This document shows, piece by piece, positions 21,835 through 32,315 of a stretch of DNA of 32,315 nt (position 1 is its first letter; every line of letters begins with the position of its first letter). Both the position numbers and the translations under genes were made by a program. Under the pieces are notes generated by a model. That model worked only from the letters and a program-made list of their open reading frames with translations, had not been told where the DNA came from and did not search any database. The DNA lies in contig NW_021832808.1 in the NCBI RefSeq assembly GCF_006345805.1, forward strand, positions 1 through 32,315. The letters run 5' to 3'. Origin of the DNA: Octopus sinensis (lineage: Eukaryota).

Positions 21835-23502
21835 TTGAACAACCAGATTGCAACGTTGGTAGACTCAACAGGCGTATCGATTGAGGACCCTTATCAACAG
21901 AGTCAATTATTTGCCGAGGCTTTTTCAACTATTTTCAAACAAGATGATGGTCGTGAACCCCCTCCATTTGATAGATCGGTACCTCCAATGCTTCGATTGG
22001 TCATCACGCGGGACGAAGTCAAACGTGTTATTCAAGGCCTCGATGTCAACAAGGGTCACGGCCCTGACGGTATACACCCACGGGTTATCAAAGCGTTGGC
22101 TCCGGTCATCTGCGAGCCCTTAACACGACTATTCAATATGTCATTGGCGACGGGTGTTATACCTGCAGACTGGAGAACAGCAATAATCTGCCCAATTTTC
22201 AAGAAAGGGAGCCGCGAAGACCCGCTTAACTACCGACCGGTTTCCTTTACATCAATAATCAGCAAGATGTTCGAAACCATCCTTAAGAAAAGTATGATGC
22301 TCCACCTCCTAAACACAGCCTCTATCTCTGATTCCCAACACGGCTTCGTGCCGAAGAGATCATGCTTGACCAACTTACTAGTAATGGAAGAATTGGTGAC
22401 GCGCATCCTCGATGATAGTGATGCTGTTGACATCGTTTTATTGGACTTTGCCAAAGCTTTTGACTCGGTAAACCACCGCCTATTACTTGTCAAGCTTCAA
22501 GCATATAGTTTCCATCCGGATATTATACGATGGGTTGGTGCCTTCCTCTCAGATCGCTCCTTCCAAGTCCAAGTAAATGGTTCGCGGTCCGACGTCTCCA
22601 GTGCGAGCAGTGGCGTGCCTCAAAGTTCAGTGCTTGGGCCCTTGTTGTTCTTAGTCTTCATAAATGACTTGCCCGACGACCTCACGCAACACACCCTTCT
22701 ATTTGCCGACGATATCAAACTGGTCGCTCCTCGCGGTAATATAGAGGATCTTCGTCGATGCCTCCACTAAATTTGGAAGTGGTCTAACGATTGGGACCTG
22801 TGTCTGAACGTGTCAAAGTGCTGTCATCTGCCTGTCGGCTCTACTCCTGCAACTCAACTTGATTTCGAGCCGGGTCGTCTGCTGCTGGAGAGGACCGATC
22901 AGGTAAAGGACCTGGGTATCTTGGTGGATTTCTCCTTTTCGCCTTCGGCCCAGTGCGTCCATGCTGCCAACAAAGCACGCGGAATTCTGTTCTTGATTCG
23001 ACGGTCATTCGGAATGCTCACAGCAGCCATATTCCTACCACTCTATGTCACGCTGGTGAGACCCATATTGGAGTATGGGATTCAAGCCTCTTCTCCTTAT
23101 CTCCTCAAAGACATACAGCATCTCGAAAGAGTCCAGAAGCTGGCTACCCGCATGGTTCATGGTCTCAAAAATTTGTCCTACGAAGAAAGGCTGAGGACGC
23201 TCGACCTTATTCTCTTGAAAAAACGCTGCCGCCGTGGTGATCTCATTCTCGCCCACAACATCATAAGCGGAAAGTGTAACCTCTCGAAAGAGCTGTTCTT
23301 CACTCCTGCTCCAGAGCGTCGGCTGCGGGGTCATTCCGAAAAGCTCTACCTGCGACGATTTCATCTCAATCGAAGGAGAGGAGCTTTCTTCCGTCCGGGT
23401 TGCGGATCCGTGGAACAAGCTGCCAGACGAGATGGTGAAGATGCCGACGACCGCTTTGTTCAAAGCCTCCCTGGACCTCAAGTGGCTGAACTCTTTACAT
23501 GA
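21835..23502 (+). pseudogene. LINE ORF2 reverse transcriptase and C-terminal domain
   Basis: KGHGPDGI, NYRPVS, QHGF, LDFAKAFDSV, SGVPQSSVLGPLLF, LFADDIKL. One in-frame TAA at 22768-22770 (reading continues in the same frame) and a frameshift near 23390. Confidence 0.93.
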
Positions 23503-23584
23503 ACACCACCCTGTACTTAACTCCATATCCCCCTACATGGCCTTGCTATTTGCTTTTGAGCCAAATTAACTAACTAACTAGCTA

Positions 23585-23900
<316 letters not shown>

Positions 23901-23915
23901 ATTCTTTTATTATTT

Positions 23916-24092
23916 TATTCTTTATTTGTTTCAGTCATTTGACTGCGGTCATGCTAGAGTACTGCCTTTAGTCGAATAAATCGACCCCAGGACTTATATT
24001 CTTTTTAAGCCTAGTACTACTTCTACCGCTAAGTTACGGGAACATAAACACACCAATATCGGTTGTCGGACCAACACAGACACATACATATA

Positions 24093-24186
<94 letters not shown>

Positions 24187-24327
24187 CCGTCTACAAGATC
24201 CACTCACAAGGCTTTGATCGGCTCGAGGCTTTAGTAGAAGACTATTGCCCAAGGTTCCACGCAGTAGGACTGAACCCGGGACCATGTGGTTGGTAAGCAA
24301 GCTACTTACCACACAGCCACTCCTGCG

Positions 24328-24330
<3 letters not shown>
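23916..24330 (-). mobile_element. SINE family A, near full length, with internal (TA)n
   Basis: Head reverse complement aggcgcaggagtggctgtgtggtaagtagcttgc...gggttcagtcc; 3' end as at 1-84. Confidence 0.88.
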
Positions 24331-24385
<55 letters not shown>

Positions 24386-25024
24386 TAATAGTAAAAACTC
24401 TAGAGATGTTTGTGTGTATCCGAAATAGTATATTCTATCTGATTCTTTTCTTCTTTTTTTTTGCATATTTATTTTCATACTTACCATCGGCAGTGTGGTA
24501 CAAATGTTTGTAATATCTGGACCTCTATTTATTAATGAAAACGATTAAACACCAATGTTGACTGTTATTTCTTGCCGAAAAAGCCATGGCTTTCGTGATA
24601 TCAGCACACATATACACATACAGAATACACATACATATAATGAATGTCATGGCTTGTCAATCAACACAAACACACGCTATGCGTGACATACACACACATA
24701 GTCTTCACAATCTCTAATGAAAAAAAAAACGTCGAGTTTTTGACATACACAATATTTTAATCATTTAGGAATATTTTTAACTGAATCTGATTTCAAAGGT
24801 GTAAGCTGTTTGTACAATAAGTATTTATATTTTACCTTTCTTTAAACAGACAATATTTTAATGCTTTTTAAAATTATTTTCAAGTGAATGGCGATCTTTC
24901 GCGTGTCATCCAGAGTTCGTTCATTTCTGTAAAATTTTTTTTTTTATTTACTGAATAAATTTTAAACTGAAAGAGAGAAGAAAGTGAAAGATGTATGTAC
25001 GTGTATATGAAATGGACGTGTGCA

Positions 25025-25310
25025 TGTGAAAGAGAGAGAAAGAGAGAGAGAGAGCGGAAGAAAGAGAGAGAGAGCGGAAGAAAGAGAGGGAGCGAAAGAA
25101 AGAGAGGGAGCGAAAGAAAGAGAGAGCGCGGAAGAAAGAGAGAGCGGAAGAGAGAGAGAGTGAGGAAGAGGGAGAAAGTGAGTGAAGGGATGTGTTGTCA
25201 TATGCGTACATATTTCTTGTATGTACGTGTGTATGTGTATGTATGTGTGTGTGTATGTGTGTGTGTGTGTCTGTGTGTCTGTGAGAGAGAGAGAGAGAGA
25301 GAGAGAGAAA
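25025..25310. repeat. GA-rich, (TG)n and (GA)n compound simple repeat
   Basis: Direct reading. Confidence 0.9.
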
Positions 25311-25672
25311 TTAACAAACAAAACCAGCTGATCTGGATGACAGTTCTGAGAATCAAAGCGACAGCTCTGAGAGTCAAAGCGAAAGATTACCCTAAGGGAA
25401 TACTATTACAGCATTCAACGTATCTCAGCTCCAAAGATTTGGGTGCTATTTCTAGCTACAACGTAACAGCTATCTGCGATAAAGGACCCAAAATACCTGT
25501 TACGCGGTAGCAGGGCGTGCAAGAAATAGCAGCCAAATCTTTCCTTTTCTGGGGAAAGCTGCCGTTTATGCGTGATATCGATGTCACAGTCGTTGAAAGC
25601 ATGCGAAATAACCCAGAGAAGGAAAAAAACCCATGAAACAAAATTCCGTTGCTGGGAAACTCAGACCTTCCA

Positions 25673-25701
25673 CGTGACCCAACGGATCACGGGTAGTCTA
25701 G
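25673..25701 (+). mobile_element. Helitron-like 3' terminus
   Basis: CGTGACCC-AAC-GGATCACG hairpin (1 mismatch) followed 6 nt later by CTAG|T; a second CTAG at 25703-25706. 5' end not identified. Confidence 0.55.
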
Positions 25702-25706
25702 TCTAG

Positions 25707-25767
<61 letters not shown>

Positions 25768-25774
25768 ATATCTA

Positions 25775-25846
<72 letters not shown>

Positions 25847-25935
25847 ATATATAATATATATATACTCTTTTAACCCTTTTACTTGTTTTCAAAGAATGTC
25901 TGCTTCTTTGTCCGTAAAAATGAATTGAATTTCTA

Positions 25936-26432
25936 TGTGTTTGTTTGTTTGCCCGTCAAAATGAAAGTAAAGACACCAAATCCGTAGGGGTAGTCTTACC
26001 CTAGTTCAGATTCGAAACTGAATCTTTCAATTCACCTTGAGCATACGGCCTTTTCAAACGTCAAAAAGAACCGTGATAAATCGGTGTTCCACTTGACCTG
26101 TAGCCTCTTCAGTGCCATCGCAAGTTCACTCACATAATGAGTGACCTGGATTCGGTAAAGCTTATTATTCTATATGATAGTGTTTGTTTGTTTGATTGCT
26201 TGTTTGTTTGTATGTTTATCCGCCAAAATGAAAGCAAAGACTGCAAATCTGGAGGAGTTGTCTTACCCTGGCTCAGATTCGAAACTGAATCCTTAAATTC
26301 TCCTTGGGCATACGGCCTATTTAAACATGAAAAGGAACTGTGACAAATGAGTGTTCCACTTGACCAGTGGCCTTCTCCGTGCCATCGCACAGTCACCTGG
26401 ATTCGGTAAATTTATTGTTCTATGTGATATAG
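25936..26432 (+). repeat. Two diverged ~250-bp tandem copies (25936-26180, 26181-26432)
   Basis: Shared blocks caaaatgaaag, gtcttaccct.g.tcagattcgaaactgaatc, gcatacggcct, gtgttccacttgacc, gtgccatcgca, cctggattcggtaaa. Confidence 0.85.
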
Positions 26433-26778
26433 CTATTTTTCTAGCTTGTCAGTTCAGATATAAATATACAAACTTCTTTGAGATAGACCGAGATAATCCG
26501 ACATCAAAGCGGGACGCACGACACACACACAGAGAACTTGACAGGGAAAAGAAAAACATCGACAGATCCACAGAAAGACATTTCACATCAACAACATGCA
26601 TTCCGACTTACAGATCTGCTTCGCTTTAACTACCGCCTGCTACAGTTAAACTTCTCTTCCACACAACGCCTTGCCTTGCATTCCTGTAATATAGCGCCGA
26701 AATTCAGCGCTAACGCTGACTGGACACAGCATCTGTAATTTCATTTGACTATTTCATACTGATATTCTTAATCAAAAA

Positions 26779-27012
26779 ATGTCTCCTAAAAAAAGAGCGT
26801 CAAAAAGCGAACACCAAAGAAACCCACGAAGTGCAGCTGAAGATGAAGATGAGAGACGCGCACGGCTTGCAGATGGTCGACAAAGAGATAAAGCTCGACG
26901 TGTATCTGGAACTGAACATCAAAGAAATGCATGGTTTGCAGATAGCCAACACAGAATAGCAAGCTTGGTGTGCAGCAGAAAAGGAAGCATACAAAGTTCA
27001 AAGAATGCATAA
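26779..27012 (+). pseudogene. Disrupted ORF with basic NLS-like start and 23-aa STPR-like repeats (possible Helitron Rep-Hel N-terminus)
   Basis: MSPKKRASK; then EDEDERRARLADGRQRDKARRVS / GTEHQRNAWFADSQHRIA.., a 23-residue period fitting E-x-x-E-x-R-x-x-R-L. Confidence 0.55.
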
Positions 27013-30000
27013 CGTGCAGATAGCGAGCAGAGAATGGCAGCTCGATGTGCAGCAGAAATGGAATTTCAAAAAGTTCAAAGAATGCTCAACGTGCAGATAG
27101 CGAGCAGAGAATGGCAGCTCGATGTGCAGCAGAAAAGGAAGGTCAAAAAGTTCAAAGAATGCTCAACGTGCAGATAGCGAGCAGAGAATGGCAGTCCGAT
27201 GTGCAGCAGAAAAGGAAGGTCAAAAAGTTCAAAGAATGCTCAACGTGCAGATAGCGAGCAGAGAATGGCAGCTCGATGTGCAGCAGAAAAGGAAGGTCAA
27301 AAAGTTCAAAGAATGCTCAACGTGCAGATAGCGAGCAGAGAATGGCAGTCCGATGTGCAGCAGAAAAGGAAGGTCAAAAAGTTCAAAGAATGCTCAACGT
27401 GCAGATAGCGAGCAGAGAATGGCAGCTCGATGTGCAGCAGAAAAGGAAGGTCAAAAAGTTCAAAGAATGCTCAACGTGCAGATAGCGAGCAGAGAATGGC
27501 AGATAGATGTGCAGCAGAAAAGGAAGGTCAAAAAGTTCAAAGAATGCTCAACGTGCAGATAGCGAGCAGAGAATGGCAGATCGATGTGCAGCAGAAAAGG
27601 AAGTTCAAAAAGTTCAAAGAATGCTCAACGTGCAGATAGCGAGCAGAGAATGGCAGCTCGATGTGCAGCAGAAATGGAAGTTCAAAAAGTTCAAAGAATG
27701 CTCAACGTGCAGATAGCGAGCAGAGAATGGCAGTCCGATGTGCAGCAGAAAAGGAAGGTCAAAAAGTTCAAAGAATGCTCAACGTGCAGATAGCGAGCAG
27801 AGAATGGCAGATCGATGTGCAGCAGAAAAGGAAGGCCAAAAAGTTCAAAGAATGCTCAACGTGCAGATAGCGAGCAGAGAATGGCAGTCCGATGTGCAGC
27901 AGAAAAGGAAGGTCAAAAAGTTCAAAGAATGCTCAACGTGCAGATAGCGAGCAGAGAATGGCAGCTCGATGTGCAGCAGAAAAGGAAGTTCAAAAAGTTC
28001 AAAGAATGCTCAACGTGCAGATAGCGAGCAGAGAATGGCAGCTCGATGTGCAGCAGAAAAGGAGTTCAAAAAGTTCAAAGAATGCTCAACGTGCAGATAG
28101 CGAGCAGAGAATGGCAGCTCGATGTGCAGCAGAAAAGGAAGTTCAAAAAGTTCAAAGAATGCTCAACGTGCAGATAGCGAGCAGAGAATGGCAGCTCGAT
28201 GTGCAGCAGAAATGGAAGTTCAAAAAGTTCAAAGAATGCTCAACGTGCAGATAGCGAGCAGAGAATGGCAGCTCGATTTGCAGCAGAAATGGAAGTTCAA
28301 AAAGTTCAAAGAATGCTCAACGTGCAGATAGCGAGCAGAGAATGGCAGTCCGATGTGCAGCAGAAAAGGAAGGTCAAAAAGTTCAAAGAATGCTCAACGT
28401 GCAGATAGCGAGCAGAGAATGGCAGTCCGATGTGCAGCAGAAAAGGAAGGTCAAAAAGTTCAAAGAATGCTCAACGTGCAGATAGCGAGCAGAGAATGGC
28501 AGATCGATGTGCAGCAGAAAAGGAAGGTCAAAAAGTTCAAAGAATGCTCAACGTGCAGATAGCCAACAGAGAATGGCAGCTCGATGTGCAGCAGAAAAGG
28601 AAGTTCAAAAAGTTCAAAGAATGCTCAACGTGCAGATAGCGAGCAGAGAATGGCAGCTCGATGTGCAGCAGAAAAGGAAGGTCAAAAAGTTCAAAGAATG
28701 CTCAACGTGCAGATAGCGAGCAGAGAATGGCAGCTCGATGTGCAGCAGAAAAGGAAGTTCAAAAAGTTCAAAGAATGCTCAACGTGCAGATAGCGAGCAG
28801 AGAATGGCAGCTCGATGTGCAGCAGAAAAGGAAGTTCAAAAAGTTCAAAGAATGCTCAACGTGCAGATAGCGAGCAGAGAATGGCAGCTCGATGTGCAGC
28901 AGAAAAGGAAGTTCAAAAAGTTCAAAGAATGCTCAACGTGCAGATAGCGAGCAGAGAATGGCAGCTCGATGTGCAGCAGAAATGGAAGTTCAAAAAGTTC
29001 AAAGAATGCTCAACGTGCAGATAGCGAGCAGAGAATGGCAGCTCGATTTGCAGCAGAAAAGGAAGTTCAAAAAGTTCAAAGAATGCTCAACGTGCAGATA
29101 GCGAGCAGAGAATGGCAGTCCGATGTGCAGCAGAAAAGGAAGGTCAAAAAGTTCAAAGAATGCTCAACGTGCAGATAGCGAGCAGAGAATGGCAGTCGAT
29201 GTGCCAGAAAAGGAAGTTCAAAAAGTTCAAAGAATGCTCAACGTGCAGATAGCGAGCAGAGAATGGCAGATCGATGTGCAGCAGAAAAGGAAGGTCAAAA
29301 AGTTCAAAGAATGCTCAACGTGCAGATAGCGAACAGAGAATGGCAGCTCGATGTGCAGCAGAAAAGGAAGTTCAAAAAGTTCAAAGAATGCTCAACGTGC
29401 AGATAGCGAGCAGAGAATGGCAGCTCGATGTGCAGCAGAAAAGGAAGGTCAAAAAGTTCAAAGAATGCTCAACGTGCAGATAGCGAGCAGAGAATGGCAG
29501 CTCGATGTGCAGCAGAAAAGGAAGTTCAAAAAGTTCAAAGAATGCTCAACGTGCAGATAGCGAGCAGAGAATGGCAGCTCGATGTGCAGCAGAAAAGGAA
29601 GGTCAAAAAGTTCAAAGAATGCTCAACGTGCAGATAGCGAGCAGAGAATGGCAGTCCGATGTGCAGCAGAAAAGGAAGTTCAAAAAGTTCAAAGAATGCT
29701 CAACGTGCAGATAGCGAGCAGAGAATGGCAGCTCGATGTGCAGCAGAAAAGGAAGTTCAAAAAGTTCAAAGAATGCTCAACGTGCAGATAGCGAGCAGAG
29801 AATAGCAGCTCGATGTGCTGCAGAAAAGGAAGGTCAAAAAGTTCAAAGAATGCTCAACGTGCAGATAGCGAGCAGAGAATGGCAGCTCGATGTGCATGAG
29901 AAATGGAAGTTCAAAAAGTTCAAAGAATGTACAACTTGCAGATATCGAGCAGAGAACGGCAGTCCGATGTGCAGCAGAAAAGGAAGTTCAAAAAGTTCAA

Positions 30001-32315
30001 AGAATGCTCAACGTGCAGATAGCGAGCAGAGAATAGCAGCTCGATGTGCTGCAGAAAAGGAAGGTCAAAAAGTTCAAAGAATGCTCAACGTGCAGATAGC
30101 GAGCAGAGAATAGCAGCTCGATGTGCTGCAGAAAAGGAAGGTCAAAAAGTTCAAAGAATGCTCGACGTGCAGATAGCGAGCAGAGAATGGCAGTCCGATG
30201 TGCAGCAGAAAAGGAAGTTCAAAAAGTTCAAAGAATGCTCAACGTGCAGATAGCGAGCAGAGAATGGCAGCTCGATGTGCAGCAGAAATGGAAGTTCAAA
30301 AAGTTCAAAGAATGCTCAACGTGCAGATAGCGAGCAGAGAATGGCAGTCCGATGTGCAGCAGAAAAGGAAGTTCAAAAAGTTCAAAGAATGCTCAACGTG
30401 CAGATAGCGAGCAGAGAATGGCAGCTCGATGTGCAGCAGAAAAGGAAGGTCAAAAAGTTCAAAGAATGCTCAGCGTGCAGATAGCGAGCAGAGAATGGCA
30501 GATCGATGTGCAGCAGAAAAGGAAGTTCAAAAAGTTCAAAGAATGCTCAACGTGCAGATAGCGAGCAGAGAATGGCAGTCCGATGTGCAGCAGAAAAGGA
30601 AGGTCAAAAAGTGCAAAGAATGCTCAACGTGCAGATAGCGAGCGGAGAATGGCAGTCCGATGTGCAGCAGAAAAGGAAGGTCAAAAAGTTCAAAGAATGC
30701 TCAACGTGCAGATAGCGAGCGGAGAATGGCAGTCCGATGTGCAGCAGAAGAGGAAGGTCAAAAAGTTCAAAGAATGCTCAACGTGCAGATAGCGAGCAGA
30801 GAATGGCAGATCGATGTGCAGCAGAAAAGGAAGTTCAAAAAGTTCAAAGAATGCTCAACGTGCAGATAGCGAGCAGAGAATGGCAGCTCGATGTGCAGCA
30901 GAAATGGAAGTTCAAAAAGTTCAAAGAATGCTCAACGTGCAGATAGCGAGCAGAGAATGGCAGCTCGATGTGCAGCAGAAAAGGAAGGTCAAAAAGTTCA
31001 AAGAATGCTCAACGTGCAGATAGCGAGCAGAGAATGGCAGCTCGATGTGCAGCAGAAAAGGAAGGTCAAAAAGTTCAAAGAATGCTCAACGTGCAGATAG
31101 CGAGCAGAGAATGGCAGCTCGATGTGCAGCAGAAATGGAAGTTCAAAAAGTTCAAAGAATGCTCAACGTGCAGATAGCGAGCAGAGAATGGCAGCTCGAT
31201 GTGCAGCAGAAAAGGAAGGTCAAAAAGTTCAAAGAATGCTCAACGTGCAGATAGCGAGCAGAGAATGGCAGCTCGATGTGCAGCAGAAAAGGAAGGTCAA
31301 AAAGTTCAAAGAATGCTCAACGTGCAGATAGCCAACAGAGAATGGCAGCTCGATGTGCAGCAGAAAAGGAAGTTCAAAAAGTTCAAAGAATGCTCAACGT
31401 GCAGATAGCGAGCAGAGAATGGCAGCTCGATGTGCAGCAGAAAGGAAGGTCAAAAAGTTCAAGAATGCTCACGTGCAGATAGCGAGCAGAGAATGGCAGC
31501 TTGATGTGCAGCAGAAAGGAAGTTCAAAAAGTTCAAAGAATGCTCAACGTGCAGATAGCGAGCAGAGAATGGCAGCTCGATGTGCAGCAGAAAAGGAGGT
31601 CAAAAAGTTCAAAGAATGCTCAACGTGCAGATAGCGAGCAGAGAATGGCAGCTCGATGTGCAGCAGAAAAGGAAGTTCAAAAAGTTCAAAGAATGCTCAA
31701 CGTGCAGATAGCCAACAGAGAATGGCAGCTCGATGTGCAGCAGAAAAGGAAGGTCAAAAAGTTCAAAGAATGCTCAACGTGCAGATAGCGAGCAGAGAAT
31801 GGCAGCTCGATGTGCAGCAGAAAAGGAAGGTCAAAAAGTTCAAAGAATGCTCAACGTGCAGATAGCGAGCAGAGAATGGCAGATCGATGTGCAGCAGAAA
31901 AGGAAGGTCAAAAAGTTCAAAGAATGCTCAACGTGCAGATAGCGAGCAGAGAATGGCAGCTCGATGTGCAGCAGAAAAGGAAGTTCAAAAAGTTCAAAGA
32001 ATGCTCAACGTGCAGATAGCGAGCAGAGAATGGCAGCTCGATGTGCAGCAGAAAAGGAAGGTCAAAAAGTTCAAAGAATGCTCAACGTGCAGATAGCGAG
32101 CAGAGAATGGCAGCTCGATGTGCAGCAGAAAGGAAGGTTCAAAAGTTCAAAGAATGCTCAACGTGCAGATAGCGAGCGGAGAATGGCAGTCCGATGTGCA
32201 GCAGAAGAGGAAGGTCAAAAAGTTCAAAGAATGCTCAACGTGCAGATAGCGAGCGGAGAATGGCAGTCCGATGTGCAGCAGAAGAGGAAGGTCAAAAAGT
32301 TCAAAGAATGCTCAA
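26970..32315 (+). repeat. 77-bp tandem satellite, ~69 units, open-ended at the window edge
   Basis: Unit gtgcagcagaaaaggaag(g/t)tcaaaaagttcaaagaatgctcaacgtgcagatagcgagcagagaatggcagctcgat; the ORF track repeats every 77 bp. Confidence 0.98.

Larger units (their letters stand above)
20495..23580 (+). mobile_element. 5'-truncated CR1-like LINE (ORF1 tail plus disrupted ORF2), (TAAC)n tail
   Basis: ORF1-like end RRNLISELKMR/TNGREGLRI*DGQII; EN and RT domains below; 3' aattaactaactaacta. Confidence 0.9.

Noticed and set aside
23035-23526. 163-aa minus-strand ORF
   Set aside because: Antisense shadow of the LINE ORF2 C-terminus.
24995-25510. 171-aa ER/K-rich ORF
   Set aside because: Mostly a GA-rich simple repeat; the remainder is unassignable.
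27045-32096. Dozens of 69-aa ORFs as a gene cluster
   Set aside because: They overlap every 77 bp and arise from frame rotation of a single repeat unit.
26970-32315. CRISPR array
   Set aside because: Units are contiguous and near-identical with no unique spacers and no cas genes; eukaryotic context.

Overview
Repeat-saturated eukaryotic DNA with no recognisable host gene. The SINE families and extreme microsatellite density suggest an octopus/cephalopod genome (inference). Contents: three tRNA-headed SINE families (about 13 copies or fragments); a short non-autonomous Helitron with canonical ends (2237-2644); a decayed R4/Dong-type RLE LINE; a long decayed minus-strand CR1-like LINE carrying nested insertions, including an RTE 3' fragment; a truncated Tc1 transposon; and a younger CR1-like LINE (about 20495-23580). 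Two structures stand out. (1) A ~4 kb near-spacerless palindrome (16338-20353) built from a Penelope-like element, with a minimal type I hammerhead ribozyme near each outer end and an RT fragment in one arm only. Two smaller fold-backs of similar design lie at 13.8 and 14.5 kb. (2) A >5.3 kb array of a 77-bp unit running off the window end. It grows directly out of a 23-aa-periodic (STPR-like) ORF located downstream of a Helitron-like 3' terminus, so it appears to be a satellite born from a coding repeat. All calls are by eye; no database searches or alignments were run, and decayed-element boundaries are approximate.
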